Positions 9,007-18,487 of a DNA stretch of 56,348 nucleotides are shown one piece after another. The position numbers and the translations under genes are program-made. Source of the stretch: Candidatus Coprosoma intestinipullorum. GTDB lineage: Bacteria; Bacillota_I; Bacilli_A; RF39; UBA660. Under the pieces are notes generated by a model that saw only the letters and a list, made by a program, of their open reading frames with translations, was not told where the DNA came from and searched no databases. Location: NCBI GenBank assembly GCA_018713045.1, contig DVFV01000042.1, positions 1-56,348 on the forward strand. Reading direction: 5' to 3'. Position 1 is the stretch's first letter. Every line of letters starts with the position of its first letter.

Positions 9007-9039
9007 AAACACCATATCAAAATTGGTGTTTTATTTTTA
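9007..9039 (+). terminator. rho-independent terminator after the kinase gene
   Basis: AAACACCA (9007-9014) / TGGTGTTT (9024-9031) stem with a 9-nt loop, then TTATTTTTA. Confidence 0.6.
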
Positions 9040-9073
9040 TTATGATATACTAAAAATGTAATGGAGTTTGTGT

Positions 9074-11566
9074 ATGAGAAGAATTTTGATTGATGGTGTA
9101 GATAAAACAAAAGAGATTGAAAGTATAAAATTAAATAATAATAACTATATTATTAAATTTAAAAATAGTGATAAACAATATAATTATTCAAACGAAAGAA
9201 TAAAAATAGAAAACAATAATTTTGAAAACAATCTAAAATATTTTAAAGAAATAGCTGAAAAAGTGAGCATAGTTGTAGGTGGATATAATGTTCTTGGTTC
9301 AAGATATAAAAAATTAGATAATTTAAATAAAGATAGTATTTTAAATTGTTATTTAAAAGGTACTTTGCCACCAGCATATAGAATAGTTCGGCATGCTAGA
9401 TTTCCTTTTGGTTTCAATCAAAGCCAAAAACTAGCTACAGAAAGAGCTATCACAAATAGAATAAGCGTTATAGAAGGCCCACCAGGAACCGGAAAAACTC
9501 AAACAATCTTAAATATAATATCTAATTTAGTTATGAATGGAGAAACAGTTGCTGTTGTTTCCAATAATAATTCAGCCATTCAAAATGTCTATGATAAGTT
9601 AAAAAGCAATAATTTAGATTTTCTAGTTGCATTTCTAGGCAAAGATAAAAACAAAACAGAATTTATTGAAAATCAAAAAGAATTACTAAACTTAGATGCA
9701 TGGTTAATAACTGATGAAGAAGCTGAAAACAAGATAAACTTTCTAAACAATAAAGAATACGAGTTAAATAGAAAACTAGAAGATCAGAATAAACTTGCTA
9801 AAGATATTCAGTATTTAGAAGCTCTAAGCCTCGAATCAAAACAATTCTCAAAATATTATAAAACGAGAACCAAAAATATTGCCATAAAATGGTGGCGTAA
9901 TCCAAATTATAAAAACCTATTAAAATTATGGCTTGAATTAGAAAATAAATCTACAATCTCAATATATTCAAAAATAAAATATTTTATTAAATATGGTCTT
10001 TTACCATTTGATATTTTTGACAATAACTTAAATGATATAATTTTAGAATTAAAAAATCTTTATTATAAAAATCGTGTTACTAATTTAACAAAAGAAATTA
10101 ACAGATTAAAAACAAGTCTAAATAACTATAATATTAAAGAGGAAATGAAACATTATACAGAAATATCGATGCAAATATTTAAACATAGACTTGCAAAAAG
10201 ATATAAAAAGGTTAAGCGAAAGAAATATGAAAAATCAGATTTAAAAAGAATGTCAGCTGAATTTCTTAAAGACTATCCTGTTATTTTAAGTACAACCTAT
10301 TCTTTAGTATCAAGCTTATCAAAAAATATAATGTATGATTATATAATTGTCGACGAATCATCGCAGGTAGACTTAATAACCGCTGTATTATCACTATCAT
10401 GTGCGAAAAACGTTGTTATTGTTGGTGATTTAAAACAGCTATCCAACGTTGTTACAAATGAAAACGCCATTATAAGTGATCAAATCTGGTTAAAATATAA
10501 TATATCAAACGAATATCGCTATCGGAATCATAATCTATTATCTTCAGTTATAGAACTTTATCCTGATATAACCAAAACTATGTTAAAAGAACATTACCGT
10601 TGCAATCCAAAAATAATAAACTTTTGTAACTTAAAATTTTATAATAATGAATTAATTATCTTATCAAATTCAAATCCATCTAAAGATACGTTACAAATGT
10701 ATGTTACAAGCGTTGGTAACCACGCTCGAGATCACGTAAATAGAAGACAATTAGATATAATCAGAGAAGAAATACTTCCTTCAACATATAATGATGAATC
10801 GATTGGTATTATTTCTCCATATGTAAATCAAAGTAATCTATTAAAACAAGAATTCAAAAACTATTCTAACGTTCAGGCTGACACAGTAGATAAATTTCAA
10901 GGAAGAGAAAAAAATATAATTATATTTTCAAGTGTCGACAATAAAATCAAGAGTTTTACTGATCAACCTAATAGATTAAATGTTGTTGTTTCAAGAGCTA
11001 TAAATAAGTTTATTCTAGTAGTCAATGACTCTGCCATAACTAATACAAATGGTAATATCCAAGATCTAATTAAGTACATAAAGTATCAAGATGGTAAAAT
11101 AGTAAACAGTAAACTACACAGTTGTTTTGATTTGCTATATAAAGAGTATTATAGAGAAAGACAAAAAATAGCTAAAAGAACAGGAATTATAAGTGAAGAT
11201 ATATTTTATGAAGAATTATTAAAAATATTAAACAAAAATCATATAGATGGTTATGATATCATAACTCATGTACCATTAGATGAAATCATTGAAGACTTAG
11301 ATTCACTAACAAAAGAAGAAATGAAATTTAAAAAAAATATTCATTCCCATGTTGACTTCTTAATATTTGATAGAGCATCTTCTGAATATCGTTTAGCTAT
11401 CGAAGTAGATGGTGGTTATCATAATCCATTTAATCAAGAAAACACCCATCAAGTTCATAACGATGAGTTAAAAAACAGAATGTTTGAAAAAGCCGGACTT
11501 CCGTTAATAAGATGTAAAACTGATGGAATACCTGACGAAAAAGAAATAATTAAATATTTAAACTAG
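9074..11566 (+). CDS. Upf1/DNA2-like SF1 helicase fused to a C-terminal DUF2726-type (restriction-endonuclease-fold) domain
   Basis: GPPGTGKTQT, IIVDESSQ, VGDLKQL, HYRCNPKIINFCNLKFY, VDKFQGREKNIIIFS, RLNVVVSRA. C-terminal HVDFLIFD..AIEVDGGYHN..ELKNRMFEKAGLPLIR. ATG 9074 lies 7 nt after GGAG; the ORF track starts at TTG 9068. Confidence 0.8.
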   Translation: MRRILIDGVDKTKEIESIKLNNNNYIIKFKNSDKQYNYSNERIKIENNNFENNLKYFKEIAEKVSIVVGGYNVLGSRYKKLDNLNKDSILNCYLKGTLPPAYRIVRHARFPFGFNQSQKLATERAITNRISVIEGPPGTGKTQTILNIISNLVMNGETVAVVSNNNSAIQNVYDKLKSNNLDFLVAFLGKDKNKTEFIENQKELLNLDAWLITDEEAENKINFLNNKEYELNRKLEDQNKLAKDIQYLEALSLESKQFSKYYKTRTKNIAIKWWRNPNYKNLLKLWLELENKSTISIYSKIKYFIKYGLLPFDIFDNNLNDIILELKNLYYKNRVTNLTKEINRLKTSLNNYNIKEEMKHYTEISMQIFKHRLAKRYKKVKRKKYEKSDLKRMSAEFLKDYPVILSTTYSLVSSLSKNIMYDYIIVDESSQVDLITAVLSLSCAKNVVIVGDLKQLSNVVTNENAIISDQIWLKYNISNEYRYRNHNLLSSVIELYPDITKTMLKEHYRCNPKIINFCNLKFYNNELIILSNSNPSKDTLQMYVTSVGNHARDHVNRRQLDIIREEILPSTYNDESIGIISPYVNQSNLLKQEFKNYSNVQADTVDKFQGREKNIIIFSSVDNKIKSFTDQPNRLNVVVSRAINKFILVVNDSAITNTNGNIQDLIKYIKYQDGKIVNSKLHSCFDLLYKEYYRERQKIAKRTGIISEDIFYEELLKILNKNHIDGYDIITHVPLDEIIEDLDSLTKEEMKFKKNIHSHVDFLIFDRASSEYRLAIEVDGGYHNPFNQENTHQVHNDELKNRMFEKAGLPLIRCKTDGIPDEKEIIKYLN

Positions 11567-11671
11567 AAGAAAAACTATAATATAAATATATACTGTATGT
11601 ATTGATTTGTTAGATAAAAAATGATAATGTAATACATAAATTTTTTTGTTAAAATAAATAAAGGAGATATT

Positions 11672-14600
11672 ATGGACGAAGAAATAAAAAATGAACTTAA
11701 CAAAATATTGAATGAATTACCAACCGAAAATTCTTGGCTAGATTATAAAGCAAAAGCGTATGAAAAATCAGAACTTGCTAGTTTGACAAATGATTTATGT
11801 GCGTTTTTAAACTCGGAACAATCTTTTGGAAGAAATAAATATATAATTTGTGGAATAGGTGATAATAAAGATAGGCTTGAAATAAAAGAAAAAGATATGC
11901 TGGATGACCATTATTTCCAAGATGTTGCTAAAAAAATATATCCAACCCCCAAAATAGAAACAGGTACTTTTAAGCATGTATATAGAGGAAAAGAATATTG
12001 TTATGGTTATATTTTAATATCTAAAGATAATGATGATAGAGTTTATGAAATAGAAAACGGGAAAATAAAAAGAGATGATAATAATCTATATACTATTAAA
12101 CAAATTTGTGAACAGAACGTTTTTGCACCTGTTGCATGGATAAGAATTGGCAGTACAAAAGATATACTTAAAGAACCAACCCGAAGGAGAATCTATGAAT
12201 TTGATAATTTAAAAAAGAAATTCACAGTAAATGATAATATAGGATATCTTCTTGATGACAATAGGGCAAAAAATGATAAAATAATAAAGACAGCTTTATT
12301 ATTTGGTGAATGGAATGAAAATAATATAAATGATAAAAAAATAATAGAAAAATTTTCTGAATTTTCTTATAATGAGTTCATTGAAATTATTAGACAACTT
12401 GCAAAAAATGAAAAAAATTTTTATTTTAAAAATGGAGTCTGGAAAATAAAAAATCGAATTAAATATATTGAATTTTATTCTTTGAATTTTTACAAAGAAG
12501 ATTTAGAAAGTTTTAAAAAAATAATTGTTGAAATTTTAAGTGAAAAACATCCTAAATTTGATTTATCTTCAGACAAAAGGTATTTATATAATATATACAA
12601 TAAAGTCATAAAATACTCGGCCGAAATAAGGAATGGTGTAGCTGAAACATTAGTATTTGTTGAATACTTGAAAAGTAATTTTGAAAATTGTAAAGACGCA
12701 GCAGCAAACTTTTCTGTTCTAACTATTAGAAATATTTTAGAAAGTTCAAATTGGTATACATGGGCAAGTCTTGATAATTTATTGCCACTTTTTGCAGAGG
12801 CGTCTCCATCAGAATATTTACAACAATTAAAAAAATATTTATTTAATGATAAAGAAAAGAAAATATTGATTGAGAAAGAAGAAGGTATAACTACTTATAA
12901 TTATTCAACGTCTATATATTCTAGTTTGGAACTTATTGCATGGAATAAAGAATATTGTGTTAGTGCTTGTATGATTTTATTTGAATTTGCAAAGGAAGAT
13001 AAAAAAGCAATTAATCATATAGTAAATATTATTTTACCATGGCATCCAAATACATTTGCCCCATTATCATACAGATTAGTAATTGTCGAAAATATAATAA
13101 AAAGAGATATTTTAATAGGATGGCAAATCTTAAAAAAACTTATGCCAGAAGAGGTTACTTATGCTATACCAACATATAAACCAAAATATATAAATGTTCC
13201 AAAAGATGATATTTCTGTTACTAATGAAGAATATTTTAATCAAATTGATTTATATTTAGATATAATGATTAAAAATTGTAAAACAAGCAATGATAGATTG
13301 CTTGATCTAATTAACTTATTAAACAAGGTATCTAAGAAAAACTTTTATAAAATATGTAATTATTTAAAGTCCTCAAAAGTTTGTAAAAAGAATGATAGTA
13401 GTAAGTATAAATTATGGGACAATTTAGAGATAACTGTTTCTTGGATAAAAAAACATTCTCAAATAAATGCTGAAGCAAAGAAAGAAATGTTAGAAAAAAT
13501 AAATGAAGTTATAAACTGTTTAAAACCTCAAAACAATTTATATGTCATTTCAAGGTTGTTTAAGAATGATGAGTGGAAATTATTTGATGAATATGATAAT
13601 TATGACGAAGCAGAAAAAAAACTTTCTAAATTACAATTTGACTGCATATTAAATATATATAAGGAAAATGGAATTAAAAAAATAATCGAATTAGCAAAAA
13701 TTGTTGAAGACACATTTTTACTAGGTATCATTACCTCAAAAATAAAAATATCTTATGAGGACGAGAAAAATATAGTGGTTTCCAATTTAGACAAAAGAAA
13801 AAAATTAATTGAATATGCAAAAGGATATGTTTACAATAAATATAACCTTCAAAAAAATAAATATGATAGTGAAATGATTAATAATTTATCTAATAAATCA
13901 AAACTTAATTTTTTGTTGATGTTACCGTATACCATTTTAACATTTAAAAATGTAGAACGATTTTTAGGAAAAGATTATAAAAAATATTGGAAACAAGTTG
14001 ATATAAGAATTATAAATGAAGAAGAAGCATTAAATTATAGCATTATTAAATTAATGGAGGTAAAAAGATATGAAAGAGTGCTTTGGATGTATAGACTTTC
14101 ATTGCAAAGTAATAAACAGATTAAATGTGATAATAATATTATACTAACTTGTCTCGAAAAAATAAAAAGCAATTTTAATAAATATGATATCTGTGAAGCA
14201 ATAAAGGATTTACAAGAAAATAATGCTAATGAAGAAAGATTATTTAATATAGAATGGAAATTTTTACCGTTGCTTAATGATAAAAAATATAGACCAATTA
14301 CAATAGAGAAAGTAATTTCTACGAATGCTAATAAGTATTCTGAAATATTAGAATTAGCATTTAAAGAGAAATCAAAAATAAATACTGAAAGCAACATTAA
14401 TCCAGATGTTGCAACAAATGCGTATAGATTATTACATCAATGGAAATTAGTTCCTGGGACTAATGATGACGGATATATTAATTCAGTTAAACTAAAAGAA
14501 TGGTATGAAGAAATGCAAAATATTTGTAATAAAAAAGATCGACTAGAAGTTGGATTACTATACTTTGGGAAAGTACTATTTTATTCTCCTGAAGATAAAT

Positions 14601-14872
14601 CACATTTTTGGATAGATAAAACTGTTGCGGAGATACTCAACAATAATGAAACAATTAGAAGAGGTTATACAAACGAAGCATTTAATTCAATCGGTATAAT
14701 TAAATGGGATGAAAAGGGCTCAGAGTATTTGAAATACTGCAATGAATATAAAAAGAAAGCAGAGGATACTGAAATAGCCGGTTACTATAATTTTGCAATG
14801 GCATTAAGAGATGTTGCAGATAATTTTAATCGACAAGCAGAATATGTAAAGGATAGATATCATGACTTCTAA
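11672..14872 (+). CDS. 1066-aa protein with an N-terminal AlbA_2/Schlafen-type domain and a long helical region of unknown function
   Basis: AAAGGAG RBS. N-terminal ENSWLDYKAKAY...YIICGIGD fits the AlbA_2 pattern. I recognise no catalytic or NTPase motif in the remaining ~930 aa. Confidence 0.6.
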   Translation: MDEEIKNELNKILNELPTENSWLDYKAKAYEKSELASLTNDLCAFLNSEQSFGRNKYIICGIGDNKDRLEIKEKDMLDDHYFQDVAKKIYPTPKIETGTFKHVYRGKEYCYGYILISKDNDDRVYEIENGKIKRDDNNLYTIKQICEQNVFAPVAWIRIGSTKDILKEPTRRRIYEFDNLKKKFTVNDNIGYLLDDNRAKNDKIIKTALLFGEWNENNINDKKIIEKFSEFSYNEFIEIIRQLAKNEKNFYFKNGVWKIKNRIKYIEFYSLNFYKEDLESFKKIIVEILSEKHPKFDLSSDKRYLYNIYNKVIKYSAEIRNGVAETLVFVEYLKSNFENCKDAAANFSVLTIRNILESSNWYTWASLDNLLPLFAEASPSEYLQQLKKYLFNDKEKKILIEKEEGITTYNYSTSIYSSLELIAWNKEYCVSACMILFEFAKEDKKAINHIVNIILPWHPNTFAPLSYRLVIVENIIKRDILIGWQILKKLMPEEVTYAIPTYKPKYINVPKDDISVTNEEYFNQIDLYLDIMIKNCKTSNDRLLDLINLLNKVSKKNFYKICNYLKSSKVCKKNDSSKYKLWDNLEITVSWIKKHSQINAEAKKEMLEKINEVINCLKPQNNLYVISRLFKNDEWKLFDEYDNYDEAEKKLSKLQFDCILNIYKENGIKKIIELAKIVEDTFLLGIITSKIKISYEDEKNIVVSNLDKRKKLIEYAKGYVYNKYNLQKNKYDSEMINNLSNKSKLNFLLMLPYTILTFKNVERFLGKDYKKYWKQVDIRIINEEEALNYSIIKLMEVKRYERVLWMYRLSLQSNKQIKCDNNIILTCLEKIKSNFNKYDICEAIKDLQENNANEERLFNIEWKFLPLLNDKKYRPITIEKVISTNANKYSEILELAFKEKSKINTESNINPDVATNAYRLLHQWKLVPGTNDDGYINSVKLKEWYEEMQNICNKKDRLEVGLLYFGKVLFYSPEDKSHFWIDKTVAEILNNNETIRRGYTNEAFNSIGIIKWDEKGSEYLKYCNEYKKKAEDTEIAGYYNFAMALRDVADNFNRQAEYVKDRYHDF

Positions 14873-14879
14873 ATTTATT

Positions 14880-15277
14880 TATGAGATTGTAAGGGCAGAA
14901 AACGGTAAAGTATTCTGTCCTTTTTGTCATAGTTTATATATTATTAAGGCTTTGCTAAGAAAAATAATATAAATTTAATACAGATAAAATCTGGAACGTA
15001 AAAAAATGATAGCGGAGATACTTTAGCTGATGTTAATCAACTTCAATCAGGATTAGAATCTTTTTTATCTCATTTTTATGGTGTCTCCTCTAAACACTTA
15101 CAACATTATTTAGACTAGCATTCATTTGATAAATACATAAATTATACTGTTAAAATATTAAATCAAGCACATGACATTGAATCTACAGTCATAACAAAAA
15201 ACACTGATATTTTATATAAAAATAACAGTGGTTTAGACTTTAATGAGTTAGCGTTCATTTTTCAATTAACTTACTAA
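14880..15277 (+). pseudogene. decayed IS1595-family transposase remnant (Zn-ribbon N-terminal fragment plus C-terminal fragment; DDE core deleted; in-frame TAG)
   Basis: 14880-14972 encodes RAENGKVFCPFCHSLYIIK (IS1595-type zinc ribbon). 15002-15277 encodes SGLESFLSHFYGVSSKHLQHYLD*HSFDKY, matching the conserved ...FW..LKR...G.YH.VS.KHLQRYLDEF.F tail, with TAG at 15116-15118. Confidence 0.55.
14892..14926 (+). terminator. probable rho-independent terminator after the 1066-aa gene
   Basis: AGGGCAGAA (14892-14900) / TTCTGTCCT (14913-14921): 9-bp stem with one G-T pair and a 12-nt loop, then TTTTTG. Confidence 0.45.
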
Positions 15278-15641
15278 ATCCAATAATGGTATCACTGAGT
15301 GAATTTTATAAAGTCTAATTTAAATTATTAATAATTTCTGTACTGAGGTTAGACATTCTATTTACGGTTAAATTTAAAAGATAATGACTGCCCATGTATT
15401 AATTGCATTCATCAAATATGGAGTATACATTTTATAAATTTCATGATGTATTCTATTAATCGCCTCAATAAGACTTTTACTCATTATACTAACCAAATTA
15501 GAATAGTATGCATTTACATATTTCTTATCTAATAAATTTATAGATTTGTTGGGATGATTTTTTCATCATTTGGTGGAGTAATGTTTTTGTTTTTTTCATT
15601 TTAAATATCCCTCTCATTCAAAAAGCTCATACAATAACACA

Positions 15642-16877
15642 TTATTCTTCTTTTTCTACAATATTTTCTATTTCTTTACCTATCTTTTCAATTACTCCTA
15701 CAACTAAGGCATTTCCCATCATAAAATATCTTTTTCTATCAGTCATTCCAGTATTAGTCCAATCATCCGGAAAACCATTAATTCGCTCACATTCTTTAGG
15801 CGTTAATAAACGTAATTTTTTAGTTTGATAATCTTCAATAACATGGGTAGTTCTACTAACTCCACTTTCACTAGTAAGCATAGTTCTTGCAGGCGCATCT
15901 AAATTATCTGGAAAAGGCATTGAGCCTTCAGAGTAATAATACGGTTCACCATTAGGTTTAACTCTTGGAATTTTTTTACTTCCTTTTAAAAATTCAAACT
16001 TCTTAATTTGGTCTTTATTTAAAAAATATTTTTTATCCACACCGCCAGTTTCTCTAATTTTTCTTAAAGGATAAATTTTGTCACAGTCAGCTTTGACTTT
16101 AACAGTATATATTCCACCATTCTTCATAACTCCTGCATTATAAAATTGACATTTAAACATATTGCTTACTTCGACTAAATCTTTATATTCCGAAATATCA
16201 GCTTTATTAATAGCTAAATATTCAGATTGAATTGGAAACTCTTTTGAAAAAATTCCTTCGTCAAAAACAATATTTCTATCATTAAGCTTATGCATCTCTT
16301 TATAATATTTTGTTGACTTATGATATGCAAAAATATAAGTTCTTCTTCTTTTCTGAGGAAGTCCATATTCTCCCGCGTTAATAACTCTCCATTGTACATC
16401 ATAACCATTTTCATAAAAACTTCTAAGCATCATTCCAAAATCTCTCCCACGTTGCTTAGCCGGTGAAAGAAGTAATCTATCGACATTTTCAAGCAATACA
16501 AAAGGTGGTTTTTTAATTGATAAAGTTTCTTCTATTGCCCACCATAAAACACCTTTTTTTCCTTCAATACCTTTACTATTTGAAAGAGTTTGCGCAACTG
16601 AATAATCTTGACATGGAAATCCGCCAACTAATAAAGTATGATCTGGTATATCATTTTTATCTACCTCAAATATGTCTACATTAGAAACATCTCCACCAAA
16701 TCTTTTTTTATAACACTCATATGCTTCTTGACTTTTAGTTGCAGGTTCCCATTGATTCGCCCATAAAAACTTCCAATTACCATTTTCAATAACTTTCCCA
16801 TTTTTTAGTTCGACATGATTTAAACCACATCTAAATCCGCCAACACCAGCAAACAATTCTATAGCTGTTTTCTTCAT
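15642..16877 (-). CDS. DNA (cytosine-5)-methyltransferase, M.Sau3AI-like
   Basis: 411 aa. Motif I ELFAGVGGF, motif IV GGFPCQDYS, motif VI ENV, C-terminal GNALVV. AAGGAGGG RBS. Size and partner match M.Sau3AI (412 aa from memory). Confidence 0.9.
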   Translation of the reverse strand: MKKTAIELFAGVGGFRCGLNHVELKNGKVIENGNWKFLWANQWEPATKSQEAYECYKKRFGGDVSNVDIFEVDKNDIPDHTLLVGGFPCQDYSVAQTLSNSKGIEGKKGVLWWAIEETLSIKKPPFVLLENVDRLLLSPAKQRGRDFGMMLRSFYENGYDVQWRVINAGEYGLPQKRRRTYIFAYHKSTKYYKEMHKLNDRNIVFDEGIFSKEFPIQSEYLAINKADISEYKDLVEVSNMFKCQFYNAGVMKNGGIYTVKVKADCDKIYPLRKIRETGGVDKKYFLNKDQIKKFEFLKGSKKIPRVKPNGEPYYYSEGSMPFPDNLDAPARTMLTSESGVSRTTHVIEDYQTKKLRLLTPKECERINGFPDDWTNTGMTDRKRYFMMGNALVVGVIEKIGKEIENIVEKEE

Positions 16878-17050
16878 ATCTATTGCCCTCCTTATTGTTA
16901 TATTGCCATAATTATATTATAATAAAAATAAATAAAAAGATCAACTTTTACTAACTATATTATAAATGTTTTTTGATAATAGATCAACCTCTACACAATA
17001 AATATTTTAAAATAAAATTAGTAAAAAAACAAGATCAAAAGGAGAAATTT
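16878..17050. promoter_or_regulatory. divergent intergenic control region of the R-M pair, carrying three GATC sites
   Basis: GATC at 16938, 16981 and 17032. The first two lie within an identical AGATCAAC octamer. Confidence 0.4.
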
Positions 17051-18439
17051 ATGAAAAAAGGTAGAAGATATAGTAGGCAAGAAATTGAAATAATATCAAA
17101 ATCCGCACTGGGTAAATCATTAAATGATATTTTAAACTCAGAACTTATAACTATTGAAGATAAAGAAGCAAATAAAGGTGGATTAGGTCAATTAATAGAA
17201 AAATATTTATTTGGTATGGATAATAATAGTGATTCAGAGCCCGATTTTATGCCAGCTGGCATAGAATTAAAAGTTACACCATATAAACGAATAAAAGGTG
17301 GCAAACTTTCAGCAAAAGAAAGATTAGTACTCAACATAATTGATTATGAAACAGAATATAAAAATGAATTTAAAAGTAGTCACTTTTGGTATAAAAATAA
17401 TAAAATTGAACTTTTATGGTACCTATGGGAACCAAATAAAGATAAAAAGGACTATATAATAACACATGAAAAATTATTTGAACTAGCTAAAAGTGAAGAT
17501 TTAAATCAAATAGAAAAAGACTGGAATACAATAATAAATAAAATAAGGCAAGGAAAAGCTCATGAAATATCAGAAGCCGACACTATGTATCTTGGTGCGT
17601 GTACAAAGGGTGCAAACTCTAAATCACTGCGTAGTCAGCCATTTAATTCCACCAAAGCAATGCAAAGAGCATTCTGCTTTAAAACATCATATATGACCCA
17701 ATTAGTAAGAAAATATATTGGAGATTATAGTGATGTTGAAAGCATTTTGAAAAATACAAAAGAATCATTTGATGAATTCATTAATAAAGTTATCGATAAA
17801 TATAAAAATAAAACTCAAAAAGAATTAATGGAAGAATTAAAAATCGAAACAAAAGCTAAAAATGTGTTTAGTATGATAATCAGTAGAATGTTTAATGTAA
17901 AATCAAAACTAAAAGAAACTGAAGAGTTTCAAAAAGCAAACATTATTCCAAAAACTATAAGAGTCGAAGAAAACGGTAAAATAAAAGAATCAATGTCATT
18001 TCCTTCTTTTAGCTTTGAAAAGATTTTAAATACCGATTTTGAAAATTCTGATTTAAGAGAAGAGTTAGAAACGACGAAATATATGTTCTTTATCTTTAAA
18101 AAAGAAAATAATGAATATGTGTTTAAAGGGATTAAATTATGGAATATGCCTGAAAGTATTATCAATTCTAAAGTTAAAGATATGTATACCAAAACTCAAA
18201 AGGTCATTGCTGAAGGAAACATAGTAAATCATATTGATAAGTATGGAAAAAGAATCACTAATTTTCCAGGTATGCATGATAATGGAGTTTGCCATGTAAG
18301 ACCTCATGGACGAAACGCTAAAGATACCAATCTATTGCCTGTAAAAGATAAACTAACAAACGCTACTGAATACACTAAGCAATGTTTTTGGCTTAATAAT
18401 AGTTACATAAAGGAAATTATAAGTGAATTTATAAAATAA
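17051..18439 (+). CDS. type II restriction endonuclease, MutH/Sau3AI family (probable GATC specificity)
   Basis: GGLGQLIEKYLFG...DSEPDFMPAGIELKVTP is the MutH/Sau3AI catalytic D..(E)LK signature. ATG 17051 follows AAGGAG; the track start at TTG 16973 is probably an artefact. Two-domain length is close to R.Sau3AI. Confidence 0.85.
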   Translation: MKKGRRYSRQEIEIISKSALGKSLNDILNSELITIEDKEANKGGLGQLIEKYLFGMDNNSDSEPDFMPAGIELKVTPYKRIKGGKLSAKERLVLNIIDYETEYKNEFKSSHFWYKNNKIELLWYLWEPNKDKKDYIITHEKLFELAKSEDLNQIEKDWNTIINKIRQGKAHEISEADTMYLGACTKGANSKSLRSQPFNSTKAMQRAFCFKTSYMTQLVRKYIGDYSDVESILKNTKESFDEFINKVIDKYKNKTQKELMEELKIETKAKNVFSMIISRMFNVKSKLKETEEFQKANIIPKTIRVEENGKIKESMSFPSFSFEKILNTDFENSDLREELETTKYMFFIFKKENNEYVFKGIKLWNMPESIINSKVKDMYTKTQKVIAEGNIVNHIDKYGKRITNFPGMHDNGVCHVRPHGRNAKDTNLLPVKDKLTNATEYTKQCFWLNNSYIKEIISEFIK

Positions 18440-18487
18440 TATAGAAAATCAATATATATATGTTTATAAACGAAAAGAGGAATTACT

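Noticed and set aside
15330-15599. Minus-strand coding remnants just downstream of the methyltransferase (MKKTKTLLHQMMKKSSQQIYKFIR*, then KKYVNAYYSNLVSIMSKSLIEAINRIHHEIYKMYTPYLMNAINTWAVIIF* in another frame)
   Set aside because: The RBS is strong (GAGAGGGA), but the frame is broken after 24 codons and no domain is recognisable. It is probably a decayed gene and is not reportable as a feature.
16973-17050. 26-codon N-terminal extension of the Sau3AI-like endonuclease (TTG start in the ORF track)
   Set aside because: AAGGAG sits 6 nt before ATG 17051. The extension would run through the divergent promoter region.
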